Shown piece after piece: positions 1-9,793 of a stretch of 64,000 nt of DNA (positions are counted from its first letter, which is position 1; every line of letters starts with the position of its first letter). The DNA comes from Candidatus Eiseniibacteriota bacterium. GTDB lineage: Bacteria > Eisenbacteria > RBG-16-71-46. The notes beneath the pieces were generated by a model. That model ran no database searches. It was not told where the DNA came from and saw only the letters and a program-made list of their open reading frames with translations. The stretch covers positions 416,001 to 480,000 of the forward strand of contig CAVUWA010000010.1 of NCBI GenBank assembly GCA_963744995.1, written 5' to 3'. The position numbers and the translations under genes are program-made.

Positions 1-880
1 CCGCGCCGGCGGAGAAGTTGAGCTCGTCGGCGCCGAAGTTGTAGCCGGAACGCAGCGCGATACCGCGCTGCCACTGCCACTCGAGACCGCTCTTGAGGAC
101 CTGCGCGTTGTCGGCGGGCTGGTCGATCTCGAGCGAATACGTCAGGCGCTGCTCCGAGTTCTCCACCGGATCGAAGGCGACGCCGTAGCGGAACATGGTC
201 GGCGGATCGAAGCCGTCGTAGGAGCGCACCTCGCCCGTGGTCGGCGAGACGTAGCTGCCGCCCGGCTCGAGCTGCGCGCCGAAGTTGGTCAGCGACACGC
301 CGATCCGCACGCTGCCGAGCCCGAGGTAGTAGATCGAGCCGACGTCGAACATGACCGAGTTGGTGGTCGGCCCGCCGACGTCGGAGCCGAGGTCCTCGCG
401 CACGTACTTGAGGCCCGCGCCGACCAGGAGCTTGTCGGTCCAGCGCCGCGCGTAGGCGCCGCCGATGACGGCGTCCGAATAGATGAACGAGCGGCCGGTG
501 CCGAACGGCTGCAGCTCGGTGGTCTCGTCGATCTCGGTGGACAGCACGCCCACCTGGAACGCGAGCGAGCCGCCGAGACGCCGCACCGGCTGCACGTAGG
601 TCACGTGCTCGAAACGGATGTCGCCGGGCCACTCGAGATGCGACATCGCGACCTCGGGCCGCAGCAGCGAGGCGAGCCCCGCGGGATTCCAGTAGATCGC
701 GCTCGGGTCGTTGGCCACCGCGACGAACGACTCGCCGAGCCCGGTGGCGCGCGCACCCACCGAGATCTTGAGGAACGTGCCGGACGACGTCCCGGCGCGC
801 TGCTCGCCCAGCGTGAACTGGGCGCGGGCCGGCGCCGCGAGCACGCAGCATGCGAGCGCGGCGCCCAGCAGGATCCGCAT
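1..880 (-). CDS. PorV/PorQ-family outer-membrane beta-barrel (3' end runs off the window)
   Basis: Not in the ORF track; translated by hand from ATG at 880: MRILLGAALACCVLAAPARAQ...TFLKISVGARATGLGESFVAVANDPSAIYWNPAGLA, the PorV/FadL-like N-terminal signature after a signal peptide. Confidence 0.85.
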   Translation of the reverse strand, partial: MRILLGAALACCVLAAPARAQFTLGEQRAGTSSGTFLKISVGARATGLGESFVAVANDPSAIYWNPAGLASLLRPEVAMSHLEWPGDIRFEHVTYVQPVRRLGGSLAFQVGVLSTEIDETTELQPFGTGRSFIYSDAVIGGAYARRWTDKLLVGAGLKYVREDLGSDVGGPTTNSVMFDVGSIYYLGLGSVRIGVSLTNFGAQLEPGGSYVSPTTGEVRSYDGFDPPTMFRYGVAFDPVENSEQRLTYSLEIDQPADNAQVLKSGLEWQWQRGIALRSGYNFGADELNFSAGA

Positions 881-887
881 GGAGGCG

Positions 888-3692
888 CTAGAAGTCATAG
901 TCGAGCGAGAACCTCCATTGGCGCCCCGGACCGTAGTTGGACGGATCGTCGACCTGGCCGACCCTCACGTAGTCGTTGCCGGCGACCTCGGGGAACAACG
1001 TGGGATCGTACTGCCCCTCGCCCCACACGCGACCCTTGCCGGTCACGTCGTCCACGCGGTTGATGATGTGCTCGTTGAACAGGTTGGTCACCGCGACGCC
1101 GATGTTGAAGCGTCGCCCGCCGACCGCAAAGCGCCGGTCGATCCTGAGATCGGTGGTGGTCTGGAAGGGCGCGTTGCGCGAGTAGGGTTCCGCCGCCTGC
1201 GTCGAGAGCAGCGTCTCCGGTGTGTAGGCACGGCCCGACTGGCCGATGACGAACAGGTTGAAACCGGTGTAGTTGAGCAGCCACCACGGCGCGTCGTCAT
1301 CGTAGCGCACGTCGAGGCTCGCGGTGATCTTGTGCGGGCGATTCCAGCGCACGAACGTTTCGGAGAGCCGCGTTTCGGCCGCGTCGCCGCCGCCGGCCTG
1401 CACGATCTTCTGCTCGTTGGGATCGCTGCTCTTCCCCTTCGTCTGCTGGAACGTGTACGAGAGCTTGCCCGACCAGTGGTTCGAGCGCCGCTTCTCGATC
1501 TCGATTTCGAAGCCCTTCGAACGCGCGAAGTGCCCGTTCAGATAGACGAAGATGTCGACCAGGCTCGTGCCCTGCGTGCGACGGAAGGTGGTCGCGGTCG
1601 GATAGTCGTAGACGTCTTTCACGAAGAACGTGGCATTGATCGCGGCGTTGGTCAGGAACTGGTGCTTCGCGCCGATCTCGTAGTTCACGGAGACCTGCGG
1701 ATTCAGGTTCGGGTTGCCGAGCAGCGGGAACGATTCGCTCGAGACCGACGTCAGCTTGGAGTAGACGTAGCGGTACGACGGGTTCTGGGTGAACTGGCCG
1801 TAGTTGAAGAAGAAGCTGCTGTTCTCGGTGATCGGATGCGCCACGATCACGCGCGGCGACAGGTTGATCTTGTAGCGGCGGCCGAAGAATCCGTACGTGT
1901 CGCGGTAGTACGAGGTGCGCGTCTCGGGGCTCACGTTGTGATTCGCGGTGTCGGCCATCGCCGCCTCGGCTTCGCGCCCCGTGAACCAGTAGTCGGCGCG
2001 CAGGCCGATGTTGGCCGTGAAGCCCTCGTACTCGAGCTTGTCGCGCAGGTACATGGCCCCCACCCATGGATGGACCTTCCAGATGTCGTGCGCGCCGCCG
2101 AGGCCGTTGGGGTCGTAGACCCACGGATCCTGGATCGTCACGTACTGCACGGTCTGGAACTCGTGCTCGACGCCGAACTCGACCTCGTTGCGGCCGAATC
2201 GCTGCAGGAGGCTCCACTGCAGCCCGTAGCTCATCGAGCGCCGGTCCTGCCAGGTGTTGTCGTCGCCGGAATCGATGAAGTAGTCGTCGCGGCGCGGATC
2301 ACCGACCGGGTAGTAGGAGCGGTCGTCCGGCTCCACGTAGTCGGTCCACTTCTTCCCCATCACGTCCTGACGCTGAGCGAAGAAGAAACGCGAGGCCTGG
2401 AACTCGGTCCACCCCGTCGTGCCGAGCGTGCGGCGCCACTGCAGCGAGGCCTGCTGGTTGTCTTCGAGGATCGTCGGCCCGTGATCGAGCCGGTGCGCCC
2501 ACGCCCACGGGAAAGCCGGATCGCCCTGATCGCCGGTCGCGGTGATGAAGGTACGGCTGAAGCCCTGGTCGATGTTGAGGCGCTTGGACAGATTGAGCGT
2601 CCACTTGTCGCGATTGGTCGGCTTCCACGTGAGGCCGTAGCGCGCGGCCCAGCTGTTGTCCTGCGCGGGCGACCAGAAATCGCCGTACTTGAACTTCATG
2701 CCGAGGAACGAATCCTCGTAGCTGGACGCGAGCCGGCGCGGCCGCTCGGGGAGGTTGAACTCCTGATCCAGGAAGTTGAACAGGGAGCCGCTCTCACCGA
2801 GGTAGTTGAAGCGCGTCTCGCTGAAGATCCCCGACACGTCGACGATCGAGGTCATCGTACCGGGCAGGTGGATGCCGATCCCGCGCAGCGCGGGCGTCCA
2901 GACCGGATCCGGGCCGCCGGCGACGACCTGCAGCGATCGCCCGCCGAAGCTGCCGGCGCGCGCGGTGAGCCCCCCGCTGAACCGGTCGCTGCCTTCCTTG
3001 AGCCTGACCTCGACCACCCCCGAGAGCGCATTGCCGTAGCGTACGTCGTAGGCGCCGGTGGCGACGTTGACTTCGGCCACCGAGCGCGCGTTGATCTGGC
3101 CCGCCGTCGATTGCCCGGTCACGAGGTCGCGGTTGGCGACACCGTTGACGACGAAGATCGTTTCGTCGGAGCGGCCGCCGCGTACGTGGATCTGGTCGTC
3201 CTGCGCGCTCACGCCGGCCTGGCGCTGCAGCACGTCGGTGAGGGTCTGCACGGGCAGATTGCGGATCTCGGCCGCGTTCACGCTGCGTACGGTGGCGCCC
3301 TGCTTGACTTCGACCAGCTTGCGCTCGGCCGTGACTTCGATCGCCTTCTCCTGCGAGACGACGACCTCTTCCATCTGCACGTTGGCGGTGGTGGCCTTGC
3401 CCGCGGTGACCACCAGGTCCGGCATCGAAACGGGCGCATAGCCCAGGAACTGCACCTTGAGCTCCCAGGTGCCCGCCGGAACGCCGGTCACGAGGAAATG
3501 CCCCTCGGAGTCGGTGAGCCCGCCCCGCTGCGCGCCGACGATCGTGACGGTGGCGAACGGGATGGAGTGGCCGGTGCGCTTGTCGGAGACCTTGCCGGTG
3601 ACGCTGCCGGTCGCGTCCTGCGCGTGCGCCGCGCCGGGAAGCGCGACGGCGAGGACCAAGGCCAGCAGGAAGATGGGGAACACTCGGGCCAT
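888..3692 (-). CDS. TonB-dependent receptor with N-terminal carboxypeptidase-regulatory-like domain
   Basis: Signal peptide; plug motifs IHVRGGRSDE and YGNALSGVV; GNPNLNPQ; C-terminal Phe (YDF). Confidence 0.9.
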   Translation of the reverse strand: MARVFPIFLLALVLAVALPGAAHAQDATGSVTGKVSDKRTGHSIPFATVTIVGAQRGGLTDSEGHFLVTGVPAGTWELKVQFLGYAPVSMPDLVVTAGKATTANVQMEEVVVSQEKAIEVTAERKLVEVKQGATVRSVNAAEIRNLPVQTLTDVLQRQAGVSAQDDQIHVRGGRSDETIFVVNGVANRDLVTGQSTAGQINARSVAEVNVATGAYDVRYGNALSGVVEVRLKEGSDRFSGGLTARAGSFGGRSLQVVAGGPDPVWTPALRGIGIHLPGTMTSIVDVSGIFSETRFNYLGESGSLFNFLDQEFNLPERPRRLASSYEDSFLGMKFKYGDFWSPAQDNSWAARYGLTWKPTNRDKWTLNLSKRLNIDQGFSRTFITATGDQGDPAFPWAWAHRLDHGPTILEDNQQASLQWRRTLGTTGWTEFQASRFFFAQRQDVMGKKWTDYVEPDDRSYYPVGDPRRDDYFIDSGDDNTWQDRRSMSYGLQWSLLQRFGRNEVEFGVEHEFQTVQYVTIQDPWVYDPNGLGGAHDIWKVHPWVGAMYLRDKLEYEGFTANIGLRADYWFTGREAEAAMADTANHNVSPETRTSYYRDTYGFFGRRYKINLSPRVIVAHPITENSSFFFNYGQFTQNPSYRYVYSKLTSVSSESFPLLGNPNLNPQVSVNYEIGAKHQFLTNAAINATFFVKDVYDYPTATTFRRTQGTSLVDIFVYLNGHFARSKGFEIEIEKRRSNHWSGKLSYTFQQTKGKSSDPNEQKIVQAGGGDAAETRLSETFVRWNRPHKITASLDVRYDDDAPWWLLNYTGFNLFVIGQSGRAYTPETLLSTQAAEPYSRNAPFQTTTDLRIDRRFAVGGRRFNIGVAVTNLFNEHIINRVDDVTGKGRVWGEGQYDPTLFPEVAGNDYVRVGQVDDPSNYGPGRQWRFSLDYDF

Positions 3693-3844
3693 GTATGCGC
3701 TCTTGGGGACTGTGTCGAATGGGGGACTGGAAACTAAGCGGTGACTTCGAGCCGGTCAAGCGCTACCTGAGGCCCAGGCTTCGGCCAACGTTTCTTTTCC
3801 CCGCTGTTTACGCGATGGCTGTGAAAACCGTTTCACGCCGCGGG

Positions 3845-5854
3845 TCAGTTCTCGCGATCGGACTTGACGATCAGAAATTTGCCGCGTGATACCGCGCCGC
3901 CGTCGAGATTCTCCACCGCATAGAGGTAAAGGCCGCTGGCCACCGCCTGACCGTTGGCGGTGATCAGGTTCCACGCATAGCTCGCGCCCGAGAGCGCCGG
4001 CGCGCCGGTGTCGAGGTCGCGCTGCGGGTCGTACAGACCGCGGGCCCCTTCGCCGTGGTAGCCGGCGCCGTCGAAGCGGGTCTCGAAAATGCGATCGCCG
4101 GACAGCGTGTAGATGCGCAACACGCAGCGCGAAGGGAGGTTGGCGAACCAGAGGTAGTGGTCGCGCACCTGCCGGCCCTGATCCCACCGCGCCTCGACCC
4201 GGTACGGATTCGGGTAGACGATCACGCCGCGGCCGGTCTCGCCGGCGCGCGCATTCGGCACCGCGAGGAACTTGTTCTGGCTGATCCCGCTCTCGAGGCT
4301 GCCGACCTGGACGTCGCCGAGATCGTAGCTGGTGACCGCACCGTAGTAGTCGAAGCCGTCGAGCAGGGCGGGCACCGAGAGCCGGTAGCGGTAGGGCACG
4401 CCGTCAAACACCCGCGGCGGATCGAGGCGCACGGCGTCGAAGCCGGTGTTGAATCCGGTCGTGTCGTGCGGTGCGTCGGCGCGATCGAACTGGGCGATCC
4501 GCACGGGTGCCTGACGATCGGAGCCGAAGTAGACGCGGTAGCCCTCGAAGTCCATCCCGCCGGGCGCGAGGCTCGTCGGATCGACCTCGGATTCGGGCGA
4601 ATCGTCCCAGTAGATGTCCGCCCGGTGGTTGCCGGTCTCGACGTGGACCCGCGGCGAAGGCGGCGGCGCCGGCAGCCGGTAATCGATGTCGGCCGCGAAC
4701 TGCGCGAAGTCCGCATGCTCGAGCAGCGCGTTCTCGTCCGCGCCGCCGATGAACGCGAAGTCCACCATCACGCTGTCGCCCGGATCGACCTGAGCCCACG
4801 GCCCCACCCCGATCACCATGATCGGCGAGCAGCTCGCGCCGCCGGGAATGCAGTCGCGCGGATCCATGATGCGGCCGTTGGAGAGGATCACGTAGCGCTC
4901 GACGTCCTCGTCGCGCGACGTGTCGCCGGGGCTGAACGACCACCAGTTGAAGCTCACGTGGCGGGTGGACGTGTCGCCTGGAGCGCTGCGCAGCAGCTTC
5001 ACCCCCGCCCACGGCGGCGCATAGGCGACGTCACAGCTGCCGGGATAGGGCAGTTGCAGGCAGTAACGCTCCTTGTAGAAGCGGCGCGTGGAGTCGTACT
5101 CGGCGTAGGTCTTGTAGTACCAGGAACCGGGCCCCGACGTGGCGGACGGCGGCCAGGTCGAGTAGGCGTTCTTGTCGCCGCTCACCAGCTGCGCATAGAG
5201 CCCGACGAACATGTCGCGCAGCGGCGCACCGCGATTGATGATCGTGAACCGGACCACCTCGAAATCCTGCGCCGCATCGAGCGAAAACCCCAGAATCTGC
5301 TGCCTGACCAGGATGTTGAGCGGCCGGTGCCGTTCGCGCTGGTTCCCGGACGGCGCCCGTTCGGGCTCGTCGGAGTACGCGCAGTCGAAGTCCTGATCGG
5401 AGATCGCCTCGGTCGAGTAGTAGCGGTTGTTGGAGATCCGCGAGCGCTGCCGGATCGCGTTGCCGGCGGGCGTGAACTCGGTCTCCGCGGCGCCGCTCGA
5501 ACCCTGCACGTTGTCCACGATCGCCGCCGACACACCGGTGAAAGCACCCTGATCGTCCACCGCCAGCGCGCCGACCCAGAGTCCGGCGCGCGACATGTGC
5601 TCGTAGCCCGAACCGAGCGGATACTCGAGCGACGGCGAACGCGAGTTGAAGTTGTTGCCGAAGAACCCGTAGTTGGAGATCGCGAGCCCGACCCGGTTGA
5701 CGTCGGTCGTCACCGACACGTAGCGGATCGAGTCCTGCGCCGCGGGCGCCGCGTGCGCGGCGCCGGGCGTCACCGCGCAGAGGGCCAGCAGGAGTGCCGG
5801 CATCGTCCGGATCGAATCCCGCGCCGGGCCGCGGCGCGGGCACCGCGCGGTCAT
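3845..5854 (-). CDS. Secreted protein with T9SS-like C-terminal domain
   Basis: Signal peptide; FnIII-like FEGYRVY segment; C-terminal VIVYPNPY...LRIYTLSG...VASGLYLY...GKFLIVK. Confidence 0.7.
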   Translation of the reverse strand: MTARCPRRGPARDSIRTMPALLLALCAVTPGAAHAAPAAQDSIRYVSVTTDVNRVGLAISNYGFFGNNFNSRSPSLEYPLGSGYEHMSRAGLWVGALAVDDQGAFTGVSAAIVDNVQGSSGAAETEFTPAGNAIRQRSRISNNRYYSTEAISDQDFDCAYSDEPERAPSGNQRERHRPLNILVRQQILGFSLDAAQDFEVVRFTIINRGAPLRDMFVGLYAQLVSGDKNAYSTWPPSATSGPGSWYYKTYAEYDSTRRFYKERYCLQLPYPGSCDVAYAPPWAGVKLLRSAPGDTSTRHVSFNWWSFSPGDTSRDEDVERYVILSNGRIMDPRDCIPGGASCSPIMVIGVGPWAQVDPGDSVMVDFAFIGGADENALLEHADFAQFAADIDYRLPAPPPSPRVHVETGNHRADIYWDDSPESEVDPTSLAPGGMDFEGYRVYFGSDRQAPVRIAQFDRADAPHDTTGFNTGFDAVRLDPPRVFDGVPYRYRLSVPALLDGFDYYGAVTSYDLGDVQVGSLESGISQNKFLAVPNARAGETGRGVIVYPNPYRVEARWDQGRQVRDHYLWFANLPSRCVLRIYTLSGDRIFETRFDGAGYHGEGARGLYDPQRDLDTGAPALSGASYAWNLITANGQAVASGLYLYAVENLDGGAVSRGKFLIVKSDREN

Positions 5855-6931
5855 CTAGATTCCCGCCGCGCGGCGGTCGTACTCGTCCGGGAACTCCTCC
5901 ATGAAGATCCGGTCGATCTCGAGGTTGATCTCGCGCAGCATCCGCGCCTTCTGCGCGTAGGGCAGGAACGAACTCTTGAAGCCGTTGATGATGATCCGCT
6001 TGATCTCGTAAGGGCTCAGCCGGAATGCGCGCGCGGCGAGCGCCAGTTCCTGGGTGATCGTGGTCGCCGAGATCAGCCGGTTGTCGGTGTTCACGGTGAC
6101 CCGCAGACCGAGCTTGAAGTATTCGTAGAACGGATGGTCCTTGATGCTGCGCACCGTGCGCGTCTGCACGTTGGAGGACAGGCAGACCTCGAGCGGAATG
6201 CGGTGGTCGTTGACGTAGCGCATCAGGTCCTGGTCCTCGCGCAGGTGCGTGCCGTGCCCGATGCGGTGCGCACCGCAGTAGTGCAGCGCCTGCGAGATGC
6301 TCGCCGGGCCGAACGCCTCCCCCGCGTGCACGGTCGAGTTGATGTTGTTCTTGAGGATCAGCTCGAACGCGGCGCGGTGCGCCTTGGCCGGGTAGTCCTT
6401 CTCCTGGCCGGCGAGATCGAAGGCCAGCACGCCCTTGCCCTTGTAGGCCACCGCCAGCTCGGCGAGCATCAGCGAGTGCTTGGGATCCAGCGAGCGGATC
6501 CCGCAGATGATCACCCCGGTCGAAATCCCGAACTGGCGCCCGGCGTCGGCGAGGCCCGCCACCACCGATTCGACGATCTCCGGAAACGGCAGGCTCTTGT
6601 CGCGATGCAGGATCGGCGAGTAGCGCACCTCGAGGTGCCGCACGTTCTCGGCGGCGGCGTCCTCGGCCAGCTCGTAGGCGACACGGTAGAGTGCATCGCG
6701 CTCCTGCATCACGCTCAGCGTGTAGTCGAAGATCTTCAGGTAGTCGCCGAGGTTCTTGGTGCGGCGCCCGGCCTGCAGCAGCGTCTGCAGCTCGCGCAGG
6801 TTCGTCGTGGGCAGCGGGACGCCCTGCGCCTCGGCGAGCTCGAGAATGGTGCGCGAGCGGAGCGAGCCGTCGAGGTGACAGTGGATGTCGGTTTTCGGCA
6901 GTCGCTGGATGACGGACTGGTTCAGGCGCAC
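5855..6931 (-). CDS. add: Adenosine deaminase
   Basis: LPKTDIHCHLDGS, TVHAGE, HRIGHG, NTDN metal/catalytic motifs. Confidence 0.93.
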   Translation of the reverse strand: MRLNQSVIQRLPKTDIHCHLDGSLRSRTILELAEAQGVPLPTTNLRELQTLLQAGRRTKNLGDYLKIFDYTLSVMQERDALYRVAYELAEDAAAENVRHLEVRYSPILHRDKSLPFPEIVESVVAGLADAGRQFGISTGVIICGIRSLDPKHSLMLAELAVAYKGKGVLAFDLAGQEKDYPAKAHRAAFELILKNNINSTVHAGEAFGPASISQALHYCGAHRIGHGTHLREDQDLMRYVNDHRIPLEVCLSSNVQTRTVRSIKDHPFYEYFKLGLRVTVNTDNRLISATTITQELALAARAFRLSPYEIKRIIINGFKSSFLPYAQKARMLREINLEIDRIFMEEFPDEYDRRAAGI

Positions 6932-6976
6932 GCGGCCTCCCGGCCTGCCGCGCCGCCGGACCGTTGCGCGGGGGAA

Positions 6977-7534
6977 TCAGCCATGGCGGTCCAGCGCCAT
7001 GATCTTCTGCACGCGCCGCTGATGGCGGCCGCCTTCGAACGCGGTCGCGAGGAACAGGCGCACCATGCGCACGGCGAGCCCGCGATTGACGATCCGCGCG
7101 CCGAGCGCGAGCACGTTCGCGTCGTTGTGGCCGCGGCTGTTGAGCACGGTGGCGTCGTCGTGACAGAGCGCGCAGCGCACGCCGGGGATCTTGTTCGCCG
7201 CCATCGTCGAGCCGATCCCCGCGGCGTCCACGATCACGCCGCGTGACGCGCGTCCGTTCGCGACCTCGCGCGCGACCGCAGCGGCGTAGTCCGGATAGTC
7301 CACCGCATCCGGCGAGTGCGTGCCGCAGTCGTGGACCTCCCAGCCGAGCTCGTCCACGATCGCCCGCTTCAGGATCTCCTTGAGCGGGTACCCGCCGTGG
7401 TCCGCCCCGATCGCGACGCGGCGCCGTGCCGCGGGCGCGGGCGCGGCCGCCCGGGGGGCGGTCTCCGGGCCGAGCGCACGTTCGACCGCCTCACGAACGA
7501 GGCGCCGGACTTCGGAGTCGGATGAGTCGGACAT
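6977..7534 (-). CDS. rpiB: Ribose-5-phosphate isomerase B (RpiB/LacA/LacB family)
   Basis: IGADHGG, VDYPDYA, GIGSTMAANKIPGVR, HNDANVL, FEGGRHQRR. Confidence 0.9.
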   Translation of the reverse strand: MSDSSDSEVRRLVREAVERALGPETAPRAAAPAPAARRRVAIGADHGGYPLKEILKRAIVDELGWEVHDCGTHSPDAVDYPDYAAAVAREVANGRASRGVIVDAAGIGSTMAANKIPGVRCALCHDDATVLNSRGHNDANVLALGARIVNRGLAVRMVRLFLATAFEGGRHQRRVQKIMALDRHG

Positions 7535-7543
7535 GGTCGGCGA

Positions 7544-7572
7544 AGTCTAGGAACGCGCCCGGAGCCGGTCAA
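7544..7572 (-). promoter_or_regulatory. sigma70-type promoter for rpiB
   Basis: TTGACC-17-TAGACT on the minus strand, 9 nt before the ATG. Confidence 0.6.
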
Positions 7573-7656
7573 GCGACGTGCGCCTCGCGGCACGCGCCCT
7601 CGTCCGCTACACTTCTCCGCGCTCCCACGCGTCCCTTCCCCGACAGGAGTCACCCG

Positions 7657-9006
7657 GTGCCCGACCGCCTCATCCGATCCGTCATCGCCTGCGCCGCCCT
7701 GCTGGCGCTCGGCGCCGCCCCCGCCCACGCGGCCCGCATGCTGGCCGACAGCACCTCCGTCGACGGCTGGACGCTCGAGAACGGGCTGCGCGTCGTCGTT
7801 CGTCAGGTGCCGGGCGCGGGCGCGGACGTGGTGGTCGTCGCCTATCCGGCCGGTCGCGACGACGATCCCGAAGGCGAGGAGGGCTTCACCGAGCTCATGG
7901 CCGAGGCGGCGTTCATGGCGCAGTCCGGCGAGATTCCGGCTCGTTCGCGCGCCGACCTCGACAGCCAGCGTCCCGTGGGCTGGAACGTGCAGGTCGAGCG
8001 GCGCCGCACCGAGCTCGCCGAGATGGCGACCCCCGACCAGTTCCCCGGCGTGCTGCACCAGGTGGCGCTCCGCATGCGTGGCGTGGACCTGACCGACGAA
8101 GTCGTGGCGCGCGCCCGCACCGCGCTCGCCGAGCGGCGCGCGCAGACGGTCGGCGCCGACCTCGGTGCCGAGTTGTACGTGGAGGCGGGCCAGATGGCGG
8201 CGGGCTGGGACCATGCCCGCTTCGAGCGCTGGATGAGCGGCGCCGGCCTCGCGAAGCTGCGCGCCCGCGACCTCGCCCCGCGCATCGCCGAATCCTACGT
8301 TCCCGCGCGCGCCGTGCTGAGCCTCGCGGGCGACTTCAGGGGAATCGACCTGCGCACATTCATCGAGAACGAGTTCGGCGACATTCCCGCCGGCACGCCG
8401 CGCGCGGACGTCATGCCGCCGCCGGCGCAGAGCCCGGTGTCCGCGGTGGTGAAGCATCCGGGGCTCGATCTGCCGGTCGGCTGCATCGGAATCGCCGCGC
8501 CGGCACTCACCGATTCCCTGCACCCGTCGTTCTTCCTCACCGCACTGATCCTCGGCGCCCACGCGACCCGCCTGTGGTCCGGCACGGGGGTCGTGCGCTC
8601 GCACTTTCAGTACTCGATCCTCGACGATCCGTCGCTCGTGCGCCTCTACCCGCCCATCGTCGCCGCGAACTGGAAGCCCGAGAACATGCAGCAGCAGCTC
8701 GGCGCCCTGATCACCACGTTCGCCTCGCTCACGATCGCGCTCGACCAGGCGGAACACATGAAGACCGCGGTGGCGTGGCTGCTGGGCGGGCCGCTGCCCG
8801 GGCCGCTGCTGGCCCGCGTGCGCACCGACCATGCGGTGCTCTACCGCGTGTGCAGCAACGCCGCGACCCGCGAGCTGTGGGGCGGCGAGGCGTTCTGGGA
8901 GGTGTACCGGCGCCGCTTCGATCCGGCGCGCAGCGCGGGCGACGAGCGCTGGCCGGCCTACATGAAGGATCCGGCGCGCGCGATCGGGCTGATCTACGCC
9001 CCTTGA
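7657..9006 (+). CDS. Secreted M16/insulinase-family protein, probably non-catalytic
   Basis: AGGAG RBS then GTG; signal peptide; TLENGLRVVV start of the M16 fold; HxxEH replaced by ELMAE. Confidence 0.7.
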   Translation: MPDRLIRSVIACAALLALGAAPAHAARMLADSTSVDGWTLENGLRVVVRQVPGAGADVVVVAYPAGRDDDPEGEEGFTELMAEAAFMAQSGEIPARSRADLDSQRPVGWNVQVERRRTELAEMATPDQFPGVLHQVALRMRGVDLTDEVVARARTALAERRAQTVGADLGAELYVEAGQMAAGWDHARFERWMSGAGLAKLRARDLAPRIAESYVPARAVLSLAGDFRGIDLRTFIENEFGDIPAGTPRADVMPPPAQSPVSAVVKHPGLDLPVGCIGIAAPALTDSLHPSFFLTALILGAHATRLWSGTGVVRSHFQYSILDDPSLVRLYPPIVAANWKPENMQQQLGALITTFASLTIALDQAEHMKTAVAWLLGGPLPGPLLARVRTDHAVLYRVCSNAATRELWGGEAFWEVYRRRFDPARSAGDERWPAYMKDPARAIGLIYAP

Positions 9007-9124
9007 AGCCCGCCGCCGGCGCGGGCCCACCTCCCGCCGCGGGCGTCTCCGGCGTCCCCCCGGCCGCACTTTTCCGCCTTCATGCTTGCGTTGGACGAAT
9101 CGGCGGGGCTACGTTGCCCGTGAC

Positions 9125-9772
9125 ATGGCGCGTCGCGTACTGATTGGTATCGCAGGCGGTTCCGGGTCGGGCAAGACGCTCGTGGCGCGCAACATCCTCC
9201 GCGAGCTCGGCTCCGGCCGGGTCGTCGTCATCGATCAGGACTCCTACTACAGGAACCTCGAAGACATCCCGTTCCGCGACCGCGAGGCGCGCAACTTCGA
9301 TCACCCGGATGCCTTCGACAACGACCTGCTCAAGGCGCACATCCGCGCGCTCCTCGACGGCCAGGCCGTGGATCAGCCGATCTACGACTACGCCGAACAC
9401 CGGCGGCTCACGGAGACGCGCCGGATCAGCGATCACCTGGTGATCGTGCTCGAGGGCATTCTGATCCTCGCGGATCCCGAACTGCGCCAGATGATGGACA
9501 TCAAACTGTTCGTGGATGCGGATCCCGACGTGCGCTTCATCCGGCGCCTGCGCCGCGACCTCGTCGAGCGCGGGAGATCGGTGGACAGCATCATCCGCCA
9601 GTACGAGGAGAGCGTGCGGCCGATGCACCTCCAGTTCGTGGATCCATCCAAGCGGCACGCCGACGTGATCATCCCCGAAGGCGGCCACAACCGCGTCGCG
9701 ATCGATCTCGTGCGCACCAAGATCCGCGAGCTGCTGCGCGAACGCGGCGTGGAGACGATCGGAATCGTGTAG
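9125..9772 (+). CDS. udk: Uridine kinase
   Basis: IGIAGGSGSGKT, DSYY, NFDHPDAFD, RRLRRD, ADVIIP. Confidence 0.95.
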   Translation: MARRVLIGIAGGSGSGKTLVARNILRELGSGRVVVIDQDSYYRNLEDIPFRDREARNFDHPDAFDNDLLKAHIRALLDGQAVDQPIYDYAEHRRLTETRRISDHLVIVLEGILILADPELRQMMDIKLFVDADPDVRFIRRLRRDLVERGRSVDSIIRQYEESVRPMHLQFVDPSKRHADVIIPEGGHNRVAIDLVRTKIRELLRERGVETIGIV

Positions 9773-9793
9773 GCCGGCGCGGCGCCGCCGCGC

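Noticed and set aside
711..7246. Very long plus-strand ORFs (1008 aa, 1063 aa; also 25483..28701)
   Set aside because: Antisense shadows of real minus-strand genes in high-GC DNA; no recognisable motifs
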